Source: Takakia lepidozioides (taxonomy: Eukaryota; Plantae; Bryophyta). Taken from it: a DNA stretch of 64,000 nucleotides. Shown piece by piece: positions 1-13,322 of this stretch. How positions within the stretch are numbered: position 1 is the first letter of the stretch; every line of letters starts with the position of its first letter. Both the position numbers and the translations under genes were made by a program. Below the pieces are notes generated by a model. The model ran no database searches and was not told where the DNA came from. It worked only from the letters and a program-made list of their open reading frames with translations. The stretch covers positions 11,718,001 through 11,782,000 of the forward strand of contig CM060734.1 of the NCBI GenBank assembly GCA_030704615.1. Reading direction: 5' to 3'.

Positions 1-1249
1 GGTGAAATTGATAGTCAATCAACTACTGCGTAAAATGAACTACTGCTGTAATGTATGGTCAGTAGATTTGCCACCGACTCCGCGAGAGCAACTGACATAT
101 GACCTGAGTCCTGGTAGTACTAGTGGTAGTGAAGATGAAGGTGACCAGGGCAGTGAGATGGAGACTCGGGTCAAAGTGATGATGAGCATGGGCTCAGTGC
201 CAGAGGTGAGTTGGCAGAATCATCATCTTTTAAGAAGAAGAAAAAGATGATTTCTGTGGAGCGTGATGAACATGAGCAGGAACCACAAGCCAAAAAATCT
301 AAATCTGCATCAAAGGAGCATGATATTGTGAAAGAGCCAAGGAAGTCTAAGGTGGGACGACAGCCAGGTTCACCATCAAAGAAAGGCCACAAAAAGAAGA
401 AACCTGTTGCTGACAGGGTGTCTATTGCGAAGACAACCCGTGCTGCTCATCTGGCAGAGGGTGGCTTGCTGCAGTGGACAATCATGTTTTGTTTCCCATC
501 ATCATCACTCCTCCCAGGTTTAATCTCCACTTCCCTCTTCCGTTTCATTTTGCGTGGGCTACTGTATTCAACATCAGGTGAAGGAACCTCATGACACGGG
601 TTACGGTGAAATTGTCTGCTAGCAATACTCGGAGTAACATCAAAGCTGGAGTTAAGAGTAGTAGCATCATGATTTGAGTTCAGGGTACTTGCTGGTATGT
701 AGGTGCTGCCAGCTTTGAGGGCGCCAGGGTTTGTTCCCGAGAAAGAAATAGAAGCTTGTCCAATGTAATATATGTACTTGAAAGGATTCACATGTAGGTC
801 TAGTGGACTCCCCACATGCTGTATGGACATTGACAGTACTGGCATGGGCATTTTGTGTAGTCCATTGGAAAACAAAAAGAGGGAAGGGACTTTACTATGA
901 ATGGATGGAAATTCATACCACTGGGCATGGAAATATGTGTACTTCAGGAGAGACCAAGTGAAATGCATGGACTCTACTATGTGTCAATGGACATTCAGTG
1001 CACTTGGCATGGAGACTTGTGTACATCAACAGCTCTGAAATGGAGGGAAGGGACTCTGCTATGATGGAAATTGAAAGCATTGGCCAAGGCAATATGTGTA
1101 CTTCAAGAGAGAGTGTATGAAGGGAAGGGACTGTACAATGTAGAGTCATACAGTCATTGTACAAAGGCAGTGAAACTGACAATATATGTAAGATGTGAAA
1201 CCCCTAAAATCGAGAAGAGCTTACAGAAGTCAAAGAATGTAAAGGGAGA

Positions 1250-2400
1250 GATTCACCTTCGGCAGGTTTACTCTGAAAGTGGTTCATGCGAAGGTGAGGG
1301 CGATCTCCTATGGAAGCAGCCAGTAGATAGGCCAACACACTCCCACCAACTGCCATGCATCTCCTCTTCACAAAAAACGCTGGATACATTTCGTGGAGGT
1401 ACTGAAGTGGGTGTGTGCGCACCAAGGGTGGTAAATATGCTTGCAGCTTGCAATGAACCCTGCCCACTGTGGCTTAAATCCCATCCCATAGAAAGGGCAG
1501 TTAGCAACCCACAAACAAGTCTGAACTTCAGCTTCATTACCTTCAATGGCCGTTGATGGGAGAGGTATGCTCAGGTTAGAGTTAATGATCCCCTTCTGCA
1601 CCTTTTTTATGACAGCTAAAGCCGCTTCGTGGTGTCGTTGAGCAAATGAAAGATTTTCCTCGATTCTAAACAATCTACGACCCACATCATATGCTGACTT
1701 ACTGACACGTTCGTGCTCTAGGTTGCCCTCACTTGCAAGGCCCTGGAAGGTCTCAACAACACTCTTGTGAGAGCCGCTACAGACCCTGCTATGGGTCAGG
1801 GTTTATTCACGGTCAATGATATTGTGGTTCCTCCTCGCAGAGTCACCATGACACCACCAGAACGACGGAAGTGAGAGCAAATGTACACCCTAAAGCTCAA
1901 CTTTTAGAAATTTTCTCGTTTGCTCAAGGTTCGCACGCTACATGTAGGTTTCTCAGATTTCGCTTCCATTTCACAATCGACACCATCATCTCCAATACTC
2001 AGAAGCGGGCTCCTGACGGAGCCTTCCTGTGACGCTGTTCTGTGTTCGTCCGTACATCGCCCAATTCATTTTCAATCCGATTTGCTCACAGGTCAGACCT
2101 CTCACCACCCCACGCGATATCAAACGGGACGATGGCACAGATGGTTTTTGATGGACTACTATCCAGAGATGTTCTGTTTTGCGAATGAGTTCCACATTGT
2201 TGGTATGCATGTAGCTGTGGCCATTTTTATTGATCACAGGTCCAAACCACTTCGTCACCTCCTCCAAGGTAACGTCTCGTGGTACTCTAATGCGCTTGGG
2301 ACTTAAACCTTCAATGCAAAGACCAAACCTCTCGGCGAAAATAGCTCGACATATAGGAGTACCGACTCCTAAGTTTGGGATAGCAGCATTAAGAGATGCT
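1250..2400 (-). pseudogene. Degenerate, probably transposon-associated gene with a C-terminal RING-like zinc finger
   Basis: Frameshifted ORF pieces 1986-2267 (LWIVVHQKPSVPSSRLISRG...MNWAMY), 1368-1685 (NCPFY...SCKHIYHPWC...KCI) and 1268-1546 (CEEEMHGSWWE) give a broken RING-type Cys/His spacing. The block ends near 2923 in ...GAGCCACCCTA, just before the Copia sequence. Confidence 0.35.
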
Positions 2401-2929
2401 GTAAATCAGACGGATACTTAGTATGCTGCTCGAGCTCAACTTTCACTCTCCGGCTACCATCCTATTTAAAAATACTCGGTTCAAGTGGGTCGTGAGTCAT
2501 CCTCCTACTATAGCTCCGGTACGCAAGTACACACTTCACAGCCTATGTGTCACTCCTTCTACCTAAGCGAGAGTTACATGTCTGTACTTGAAGCAGAGCA
2601 AAAACCTTCGAGTCTTCGCTGAGTGTCAGATCGTGCGTGCTTAGATTAGAGAGAGAAGATAAGAACAACATACAATCAACCGGTGACCGTCGGTGAGATG
2701 GTGCATCAGTACTCTAAAACCGCCGACAGTGTCGGCGAGGGTCGACGTATCGCGATTTCAAACTTGGCGCCATTATTACTGACACTGTCAATCTTAGATG
2801 GTTTAGATTTTGCAACATGGATTAACCCAACGGCTATTATTTTTTGTTATTTATAAATCTTGAAATTCTGCCAAGCATGGGACTTTGGAGGCGGCCACCT
2901 TGGGACTTTTTTGAGCCACCCTAGCTCGC

Positions 2930-4157
2930 AAACACCCGGCAAGGAAATGCGTTTTTGTGGGATACAGCGAAGTGACTAAAGGTTATCGACTTTATGATCC
3001 TATCAAACGATATGTATTCAATAGTCGAGATGTTATCTTCAATGAAACTCAAGGAACTCTTACAAACGAGTCAGATTCAAATACTGATGTGCGTATTCAT
3101 GAGCTTGAGGCTGAACCAATCAATTTGGAAGGAGGAACATCTAATGTTCCAATTGAGGTATTTGAAGGTAAGTTATCATATCTCAATGGTCAAGATGATG
3201 AGTATGGAGAGGTTGAAGCACCCGGACCATCTCTCGAAGCACTATGCTATGAAAGATCTTGGTGAAATTCATTATTGTCTTGGAATACAGATTTTCCGAG
3301 ATAGACGCATTCATACAATCCACCTTAGTCAATGCAAATATATTGAGAGTATATATTGAAGAAATTTGGGATGACAATTGTAAACCTGTTTGTACACTAT
3401 GGTACAAAACAAAAGACTCTCCAAAGCTATATGAGCCCATAAGGGATAGGAGAAGATGAGACGATATATTCCGTATCAGAGTGCTGTGGGGTGCCTCATG
3501 TACGCAATGGTTGGTACACGGCTTGATATTGTCGTTGCTGTTGGAGCAGTATGTTAGTTCATGGCCAATCCTGGTTTAGAGCACTAGATTGAGGTGAAAC
3601 GGATATTCCGTTACCTGAAGGGAACCCTTGATCACGGTCTGCACTTCAGAGGGAGCTCAAGTTTGGGGTTGTATAACCTAACTCAGTCTCAGAAAGATCG
3701 TGATGCTGACTATGCATGATGTATTGATACCCGGTCTATAACCGGGTATACATTCATTTTGGCCTATGGTTCCATTAGTTGGAACAGTAAGAAACAACCA
3801 ACCATTGCATTATCAACAACTGAGGCTGAATATATGGCTGCAACACAAGCAGCAAAAGAGGCAATTTGGCTTCCAAAGTTATTGAAGGAGATTGGCTATC
3901 CACAAGAAGGTCCAACAACTCTTCAAGAGGACAATCAGAGTTGTATTTCACTTGTGAAAAATCCGACTTACCATGCGCTTACAAAGCATATTGATGTGAG
4001 GCATCATTTTGTTCGTGATAAGGTTGAGGATGAAATCAAGTTAATATTTTGCAGTAGTGAAAATATGGTAGCCGATGTGCTCACCAAGGGACTTCCTCGT
4101 AACAAGCACGATCGCTTCAAAACTATGATGGGAATAGTTAAGGTTGAGATTGCTTGA
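2930..4157 (+). mobile_element. Ty1/Copia pol remnant (integrase C-terminus, partial RT, RNase H), internally deleted
   Basis: Motifs KCVFVGYSEVTKGYRLYDP, MKDLGEIHYCLGIQI, PYQSAVGCLMYAMVGTR, DADYA, ISWNSKKQPTIALSTTEAEY, EDNQSCI, TKHIDVRHHFVR and MVADVLTKGL. Several stops and frameshifts; most of the RT core is missing near 3220. Confidence 0.93.
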
Positions 4158-4176
4158 TTATCTCGCTCAAAGGGTG

Positions 4177-4497
4177 TGTTGGAATGACAGCTCCATATTC
4201 AACAAATCTACAACTTGACTAACAAACAAAGAGAGACACATAAAAGTAACTCTATGTTTGGAGATGCTTTTAATTAAAGGAAAAGTAAGTCCATTGTGGG
4301 AATAATTTGTATATAGAAAAAGTAGGTGTAAAAAGGCAAGTCTTTTATAGATTGCTTTTTAGAACTATATAAGAAGCTCGGGGTGAACCATAGAGTTGTT
4401 GTTTTATGACACACTCTAGCTTGTGGTGGTTCTAAGGTTGGGTGGTGAGCTTCTATTCACAAAGCATTTTTTCAGGTCCCAGGCTTATTTTTCTACA
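4177..4497 (+). mobile_element. Putative 3' LTR of the Copia remnant
   Basis: Purine-rich AAAGGGTG then TGTTGGAA just after the RNase H stop; CTATATAAG at about 4366; ends ...TTCTACA. No second copy in the window to confirm. Confidence 0.5.
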
Positions 4498-5339
4498 ATT
4501 ATGCGGGCTCAGATTTTTCTTTGCTGGAGGTGAGTCGGTGACTGTCACACTGGGATGTCTTATTAAGCCATGAACATAAAGAAATACAGGAGAAAAAACA
4601 AGACTTCCACAGTGCTATCTGTTGTGTCGGCGTGCTCTCCTATTTCAATGAAGCATTTTTAGAACTGCTTGCATGCTTTTCTCAGACTGCAATGAGTAGC
4701 CAGCCCGATCAAGGAAATGTTGAAAAACTCATCATGGGCTGTTTGCATGCAAGGAAAGCCGTATGATAGAGTGCCATTCCAATGTGGTGTGGTGAGTAAC
4801 CCAATTGCTGTCTTCACAATGCATATGGAACACGAACTCATGCACAGCTCCATGTTTGTTTACACAGCTAGTCAACTTGCCTTCGCCCGTGTCCATGCCT
4901 GCCGATACATCTCTTCACTCACAGGCTAATCTAGTTGAAGTCGCAGAAACCCATGGCAGCAAGCCCAAATTGACAAAGCATACATGAAAGCAAGTCTCCC
5001 ACTTCTTTGCTTCATCCACCTAGGGCGAGAATACCAAAGGCCCTAGCATTTCTGCATGGTCAGAGAATTTTCTTTCAAGCCATGATCTTGACCATCTACT
5101 GTTGATGGAAATCTTCTTCCAGCTTACAGTTTCAGACAAATGGTAAATTTCAGAGACAGCTTGATCATTAGACCCTTAGCCATCTTCACATAAAGACTTT
5201 TACATTCCACAACTAACAGCAGTTACTGCTACCGAGTCCTCCTCCCAACCTTATTTCCCAAAGTGACTCACGAATCTGAATAGACTAAATGAAGAGGAAT
5301 TTGGCATCAAAGAGTACCAAAGCTATTTCATCCATCTCC

Positions 5340-6950
5340 AGACACACTGTGCAGCAAAGCTGTTTGAGCACATCTGCAGTTTTGGAGCCTCTAAAGTGAT
5401 GACTCATGACAACATGGTGAAACCGACCACAAGCCTTATAGCTATGGCAACCACCCCTTCACCCTGCACCCCTCTGCAATATGGAATGCACAGGCTTCTC
5501 AACATCTGACACTTGCTCACCCCCTCAAGGCCCGTGTCTGTGATCCTCGTGAAGGCCAGGCTCAAATGAGTCAGCTGTGTGCATCTTTGTGTTAGGACAT
5601 GAAGCGCCTCATCTGTCACAAAGGGACATTGGTCCACAATGAGAGACTCCAACCCTGGGAAGGGAGACTGCATGCATATCGGTTATGGACTCACCCTTCA
5701 CAAGAACAAGCTGCTTCATCCTCTGCAACCCCCTGACAATGACACACATATCCAAACCATTCACAGAAGTAAAGCTGAGGTCCAAAAACTGCAAGTTGAT
5801 GCAGGTTGCGACCGCACAGTACCCAATTGCAGAAGGGCCGCTGCAACCTGCAGATCTACGTTTCCAACCCTCGTTTCCCGCCCATCAACATCTGCAACTC
5901 AACATCTCGCACACCCCTAGGATGGGATAAAGAGAAATGTCTCAAGTCCAGCCCACACAACCCAATCTCTGCCAGTCCCTGTCTTTTGCTCATCAAATGG
6001 TCAAGAGCCAGATCAGTTAAAGTTTTGCATAACAAAGCTGCTTTTGACAGATTCAAAGCCTCCAAATGACGTTTTCGAAGCTTGGGACATTTGAGACTAA
6101 CCCCTATTAGGGCCGCATCCCTCAATGGTACCAATCGACCAAATTCCGGTTTACGGATGCTATTGAAAGTACAGCATCATCCAGACTATCTCTTTGCTCC
6201 GTTTCGAAGGCTACAGACAGCAAGGAAGAACACCTCGCAAGTTCTCTCACGTTGGCAGCCTGGAATTTTAAAGCGATCTCCCGTAATTCAGACTTCAAGG
6301 CCAAATCAATGTTTATCGAACCCAGATCCAAAACTACTCTAAGCAATCCTCCACATCTTGAACCAATAACCACCAAGCCTGCGGAAGAAAACCTAAAGTG
6401 GCCCTTCAGAGTGAGTTCCTGCAGACCACAACAATCCGAGATGGCTTCCAGAGCCTCGTCTGTCAGACTCCTACAACTCTCCGGCAGCAAAATCCGCCAT
6501 AACTGGCAGCCTTCCATCAAGGCAAGAATGCCCGCATCTCGCAACAATGGCATGCATACCAAACTTACATGCTCCAGCACTTCACAACTGCTAGCGAACG
6601 CCGATATCCCCTCGTCAGTAATTTTCTTTTGCACCTGATCCTTGTGCCCGCTTCGCAGCCATCGCAAATGGGTGAAGGCTGATGTAGCCAGCTTCAGATC
6701 TGAGTCCTCCAGCTGATTCGTACACTGCGTAAGGTGCCAGAGAAGCGAGGCCCGGCAGCGCAGCATCAACTTGTGTGCACCACCCCATGTGACAGCCTCA
6801 TTCCACACCCTGCACACCAAGGCTGCTGCGTCCAAATCGCTGTGCAACCTCCGCACAATGTGTGCCACCAACCCACCATTCCTAAGCGCCGTCTCCGTGC
6901 TGCTCTCCCTTCTCTGACTCTCCGTGCCCTCCTTACTCTAGAGAGACACT
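5340..6950 (-). pseudogene. F-box/LRR-repeat (FBL-type) pseudogene
   Basis: F-box tail LVAHIVRRLHSDLDAAALVCRVWNEAV followed by cysteine-containing LRRs (KITDEGISAFASSCEVLEHVSL, LTDEALEAISDCCGLQEL, FVTDEALHVLTQRCTQLTHLSLAFTRITDTGL). These are spread over at least four ORFs in different frames. No introns apparent. Confidence 0.8.
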
Positions 6951-7720
6951 CATGCCCACAGGGCCGCATCCATCGCCACGCCCTGCCAGTCAGGCAAGGG
7001 GCGCAGGGAGCAGCACCGAATGTTGTAGGTTGTGGGTTCTAGGGTGCTGGCCAGGTGGCGGTCTCTCACTTCGACAAGCAGGCTTTCTCTCTCTCACAGC
7101 GAATGGGCAGGCGTACTGGAGCCTCGCACGACAACTGGGACGGAGCTGGGACAGCTCCTCGCCGCGTCTCCGCGTCTCCTACGCCTTCCTCTCTTGCTAT
7201 AAAAGTACCCGCGCTTGTCTTGATCTGTGAATTTGTCTCGTAGCTGCTTCTGTCATCCTTGAGTATGACATTGGATCCGAAGTTGGGTTGTGTTCGAAGT
7301 TGGGGTTGAGCCTTGAAGTTGGGAATCGACTCCAAGGCTGCAATACTTGTCTATCTGGAACATTCAGGCCAAGGCGCGTGACGTACATCTGTGGATGGTG
7401 TGCGCGTGGGTTTCCAGTTTTGAGGGCTGGAGGGTCGATACCCTGGAGGGCAACACATTTTGTGCAAAGTCGTAGCTGATAACAGGGAAGTCCATTGCTT
7501 GCTATGAAAGTTTCTTTCTTCGGGGGAGCTCTCACTTGTTGGAAGGGCAAGCTGTAAATGGTCGTAGGAGTTTTTACAAGGGCAAAGAGGTTTGCTTGCC
7601 GGTAATGTGAGGTACGCAGTGCGGGGGCTGGGAAAGTGGGAAACGCTGGCGAATTCAGCCAAGTTTCGAGGGAAGCGGGACCATAGTCGCAAGTCGGGGG
7701 GCTGGCGTCGCAGTGTGGGC

Positions 7721-10700
7721 ATGTCGACCAAGTTGTGGCGCACTCTGGTGTTGCTGCTGCTGCTTCTGGCAATCCTTCTTGCCTGTGTTCAGCTGCCTCA
7801 TTTCTACCATTACGTTGAGCAGGTGATTGCTTCATAAATTTTCTCTAAATTTTCCATGTCTGTCACTCTTGATTTGTAGGACGAGTCATGTACGGTACCT
7901 AATTGGAGCCATTTTGATGTTTATGATTATCATGTTGTTCTGCCTACAACATTTTTATTGCAATGTTGGTGCCTGAAATGGCCTCAAAAGTTGTGTTCTC
8001 TGCCTTGGTTGGTGTACCGTCTGTTTACTTTGCACTTAAGCTGCTTTGACCAGTTATCCTTGCCCTGTCTCTCTATCTCTTTGTTTTGTTTGAAGCAACT
8101 GGCAGTGCAATTGTGACATTACTGCAGATTGTATGCTCTTTGCAAGTCAATCTTAGCAAGACCAAGATCATGGTTTTCAATGGCCCGTCTGATCGCAGAT
8201 TCAACTTCAACAACCAGGAAATTGAGATTGTGAAATTATCTGGGATTGGTTATCCACTCCCCCAAATTCCACTTTGCAGCAACTGCCCTGGACAGATTGA
8301 CTAAGGGTAAGGCGGCCTCCATCCGCCTTCAGGCCAAATGCAAACAGATACATCTGCGCCACCCCCCAACCAAAAAGTGGCTATTTGACAGCGTTGTCAC
8401 CCCGGCTGCCACTTATGGTTGTGGATTCTGGGCACCCGGTGTCCCAGTTTCCTGGTGGGAAAAGAATCTGGAACCATTGCAGTCATTTTTCTCCAAGCAA
8501 TGCTTGGCGCCAGAAGCACAACTCCATCTCATATCCTAGGTGCAGAGTTCGCATGCGTGCCACTGCAAGCCGAGGCCCTCTTCCGGCTTACAATCTTTCT
8601 TCATAGATTACAAGCCCTTCCACCCAAGGGGCTCATGGCAAGAGCCCTCGCTATGAGGCTCAAAGCTGCAGGTTTCAAGCACTCCTGGTATGCTCGAGTG
8701 GATAGTTTCTTTGAGCGCAATGGACTCTCTATTGCTTCACTATTACCAGTGAATCCAGAAGGGGTAGACATTACATCCAGACAGGACCACAACAGACTCA
8801 TCAGAAGGGAGCTTATGGAACTACATGTCAAGAGAACTTGGAACGACAAAGCTCCACTTCTATCGAGAGACATTCTTGGTGCTCCGAGATAACAGAATCT
8901 TAAGGCCCAATTACCTTTCGGCATCTTTATCCCCTTCCCTCCTGAGAGCATTGGGGCGGTTCAGGGTGGTTCCCACAACCTACGGATAGAGACTGGCAGA
9001 TGCAATGGGAGGACCGCCTATGTCCAGCTTGCATAGGGCGCAGCCGGGAAATTGAATCTGAAGAACACTTCTTCTATTGTCCTCTATATTACGAGATCCA
9101 TGGGAGATTCCACTGTTTATTCCGTGGAACCCAATCTCTCACTGAAGTCTTCCACTATGAGGATCAGAATTGGTTGGCAGCTTACCTGCACGAGGCCTTC
9201 ACCCTTAGACAATTACTCGAGCAATAGCTCTTATTCTTGGCTTTGCTTTTGTTTCCTCTCTCAAGTTTTCTTCCATTTGTCCCATAAGCTCTATGAGCTT
9301 TCCGCAGACGTTATAAAGCACCATTTCATTTCTCTTTTTCAGAGCACTCTATTTGTGGCTGTCAACATCAAAACCTCTCATGCTTGCGCATGGATGGGAG
9401 ACTGTCTGAGCACTGACCTCCGATCATACTGTGATGAGTGACACCGAGGTGCAAAGTAACATGGCACACACAACTTTAATGAGAAGAGCATTTGGGCTGG
9501 ATATTGGTGGACATTTTAGATGAATTACAATCTGGAGGTTTGTTTAGCAGCTGAGATAAATATTTATTATACGAAATTGGTAGCAACCTGGTGGAGTTGT
9601 TCTACAGCCTCTCTGCTAATTGTTGCAAGAAAGCTATAAGTCGTGTGTGCCATGTTTAAAAGTTTTATCTTAAGTTGCTTTCTCATTGGCTGCAGAGATT
9701 GAAGGAGTTCCTAATCTGGGTGCAGAAGGATGTAGGGCCTTGGGGTCCTCTAATTCTGTACGTTGACTCCCTCCTTTCTGTCTTGCTAGTATGTTTCAGG
9801 GCCTTTTTCTTGCCACCCATTTAAGGTTTTAAGCATGGCCACAGTGTTTTGGATCTGACTCCTAGGCTCTAGTGGACATTGCGTCTGACCTGGTGGTATT
9901 CGGTGTTTGTGAGATCATCCCTGTAACACTCGCTGTGACTGTGCGCTCCCTTATGCTACAAATTTTGGCACCTTTTTTTAAGTCAAGGTGATGGGGGTGA
10001 GCTTCACAAAGGACAAGGCCTCAAATTTTCATTTTAAAGATGATGCTTTTGTGTTGGGGGTGTGCAGTGCATTAGCTTACATCCCGTGCACAGTTTTAGC
10101 TATCCCAGCATCAATTCTCACGGTATGTTTTGCTTCAGGACTTCAGCAATTGTTCTTGATTGAAAGTGGTCTGACATAGGGGATTGGGTGGACCTGATAA
10201 TGAGCTTGATACTTTTGAGATGAATTAGGTGGGTGTTGTATGTTGACAGCTGGGAGGAGGATACTTGTTTGGACTGGTGGTTGGCTTTGCAACTGATTCA
10301 ATTGGATCAACAATCGGCGCTACTGCCGCTTTTCTGGTTGGCAGAACGGTCAGTAACAGTATTTATGTCTGTCTTGAGCTCTTTGCCACCATGGTCAACA
10401 ATCTCCGTATTTGAGGTCGGAGAGACAAACCCAGAGAGCTCGTATATTATGCCTGCATTCACAAGAACTTAGTAAGAATCAACATCTTTCTTGGTACAAC
10501 TTTTTGAATGACAGGTGGGAAGGTCATTTGTGACTTCAAGGCTCAAGAACTATCCCCAGTTTCAAGCTATTGCTACTGCTGTTCAAAAATCAGGGTTTAA
10601 GGTGTGTGTTTCTCCATGCACTGTCGTGTCTTTGTACCTTACAGGCTCTTCTGTACTTTTTTCTAGCAAATGTCCTGGGAGAGTTTATGCAACGTTTGAC

Positions 10701-13322
10701 TGTATTTTAGTCACATTCATCTACATAACATGTGATGGTCTGCTTGAAGTTCTCTCAAATTCCACCACTGACAGCAGGTGGCGATCAGGGGAGTGAAGTG
10801 ATGTGTCAGGGGCATGTCAATTGTGGAAGTAACTGAGGGTGTTTGGTGTGTGTACAGATAGTACTATTGCTGCGATTGGTGCCTCTGCTGCCATTCAACG
10901 TGATGAATTATCTCGTATCGGTCACACCCATCAGTACTGCTAATTACATACTGGCCTCCTGGATTGGCATGATGGTATGGCTGTTGTTCTTCCTATTCCG
11001 ATTTATTCTGACTTGCACAAGTTCAAAGTTGAGTTGTGGTTAATGCCATAGTCCTCACCTACGCGTGGAATTTGTTTTTCATCCAGTAAACTCGCAAGGG
11101 TTCCACCCTTCTACAGGGTTATACGAGGGAGACTTTGAACTGTTGAGATTGATTGGGAGATCCCAGGCTTGGATTCTGTGTAGTCTGTGCATCGAGTGAA
11201 GAAAAGGAATAGTCACTGGTTCAGAGGGTCAGATGATGGCCACCCTGGAGCTGTTCCTGCATTATTTGAATGTGCTTGGGTGGGTGGTTACAAAAAGCAA
11301 AAATTCTTTCCCTGTTCCTTCTTTAAATGGAATCTGGACTGGGAGCAGGTTTGATGGGTATTAGCTATTGTGGATGCAGCCTATCACATTGGCATTTGTG
11401 TATGTTGGAACGACAATCAAGGATATTGCAGACATTACCCATGGTGGAGCACATTTCACCACAGCTCGTTGGGTAAGTAACACCAACAAGATCATGGGGT
11501 ATGACACTTGTATTGCAATGAATTAGAGGCTGTAGTGATGGCAATAGTGAATTGTGGCAAACCTGTGGATATTGCAAATTTTCTCTATCTCGTTCCAGCT
11601 GCGTACAAGAAATGATTTAGAGGTAAGCTATTGGCTAGATAGATGTGATAAGTTATCCAGAAGCACTGCCAAACATGTTGAGTCATGGCAGATTAGGGTA
11701 GAGGCAATCTCAAATCTTCAATGTGCCTCTATAACCAGGTTAATCTCTTCAAATGACCTCTCTAGGAGGTTCACCCTTGAGCTCCATCCCAAGACATATC
11801 TACTCTGAGGCTGTTCAATGGTAGTGGGGAGTCAAGGACTACCTGAGGGCCTTCATGTGTCGGGCAACAGTCTCAAGTTAAACTAGGAGTATGTTGGCTA
11901 CCTCTGGACAGTAAGTTAACCTAGCTGGAAAATAGGGAACCTACCTGGCTTATATTTGGGCATGAAGTGGTGCTCTTCCAGACAAGAGGCCCTCTTTGAA
12001 AGCATCAAGCAGGGTGTTACTGCCTTCAAGTTCCAGAAACTCGAGGCCAGGCTGAAAGCTGTTACCCTCATTGAAAAGGATCTGTGCTTTAGTCCCTGCT
12101 TTGGTTCCAATGCTGAGGTGGATATTGGCACAAATCGACACAATAGCAAAAGATCTTTCTTGACAAAAACTGAAAGACCAGAATCGGCTTCATTTTTAAA
12201 TGTAAGTGCTAGTCAAAGTGAGCCTTCAGCCATACTAGTGGCTCCCATTTGCCTCCCCGTTTCTCCTTTCCTCCCCTCTTCTGCCTTATCCAAATTATGG
12301 CCACACATCATCCTTGTTATTCAACAAACCCGCAAACATACGTACTGAATTATGAGATGGGAAATCGCTGTGGCAGAAGTCTCATTGCATTTGGTGCTGG
12401 TTGGAGATCTTGCCTGGGCCAGCTTCTGGTGCATTTATCTGTCAAGGTGTGGTATGTGCTCATCGGGTTGCGATTGTTGGTGCAGATAATGATAACTGTT
12501 GGCCTGTTAGCAACTGGTAAGCTATACATCTTATGATGGAGTTGAAGATTGCACGGTATTGTGGCTTATAATAGAGTGCTTATTCAAATAGTAGCCCAGA
12601 ATTGGGCTCGAAAGAGCAATGAATGAGAACAAGGGGAAAGGGTGGTTGGGGGAGGGAGAATGGAAGGAGGAGGGGGGGGGGGGGTACGTGTGGTGGGGAG
12701 GAGGGGTGTGATTAAGGACATTCCACTATTGCAGAAATATTCTAGCTTTCCAGCCGCTCAGTAGCGAGTCCTTGACTTGAGGTTGCATTGACGTATTCTA
12801 GGTCATCTTTTTGCTAGAGACACTTCAAACATCTCTCTATCTCAGCCATACGGAGATGGCGAGTTCTCGCCCAGCAGATATTTCTCTCTTCATATTTGAG
12901 TTTGGCAACTATTTTACTTGGTTGGTAGCAGATTTACAATATAAACTACAAATGGAGTTCAGCTTGTCTTTGCATGCTCTTCTAGTGTGTGAAATTTCCA
13001 TCTGGGATGGACTCGACACTCGTGACTCAGATGTATCTGAACTGAGATAGCGGGTGTGCTTGCATGCTTGACGGCTATCCACTTAATGAGATGTAACTGT
13101 TGCAATGCAGTTGTGGTGGCAATACTTGTGACGCGACTAGCCAAGAATGCACTGCGCCGGGCAATTGAGGAGAACGATGGCAATGAAGCTGCATTAATTG
13201 CAGCAAATGATACACCAGCCGCCACTGATCCATCTTTGGAGCTTCGGCAACCACTGGTGGTGAGAATTGACCCGGCTAGCAATGGCTTGGATGGGCAGCC
13301 ATTGCTGTCTGTAAAGATTTGA
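7721..13322 (+). CDS. TVP38/TMEM64-family (SNARE-associated Golgi, DedA/VTT domain) membrane protein, 9 exons, 285 aa
   Basis: Exons 7721-7822, 9696-9757, 10068-10122, 10250-10348, 10515-10601, 10858-10974, 11380-11472, 12486-12516 and 13111-13322. All introns are GT-AG, phases are compatible and the total is 858 nt. Motifs WGPLILALAYIPCTVLAIPASILTLGGGYLFG, GSTIGATAAFLVGRT and FKIVLLLRLVPLLPFNVMNY. Confidence 0.93.
8143..9330 (+). mobile_element. 5'-truncated RTE/RTEX-like LINE in intron 1 of the TVP38 gene
   Basis: RT thumb LQVNLSKTKIMVF, LFDSVVTPAATYGCGFWAP, and a C-terminal SHNLRIETGR...RLCPAC...ESEEHFFYCPLY zinc finger. Frameshifted; ends in a short CATTT repeat at about 9321. Confidence 0.8.

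Noticed and set aside
11550-12350. Nested gene in TVP38 intron 7
   Set aside because: Only short stop-interrupted ORFs with no motif I can support; probably an old repeat.
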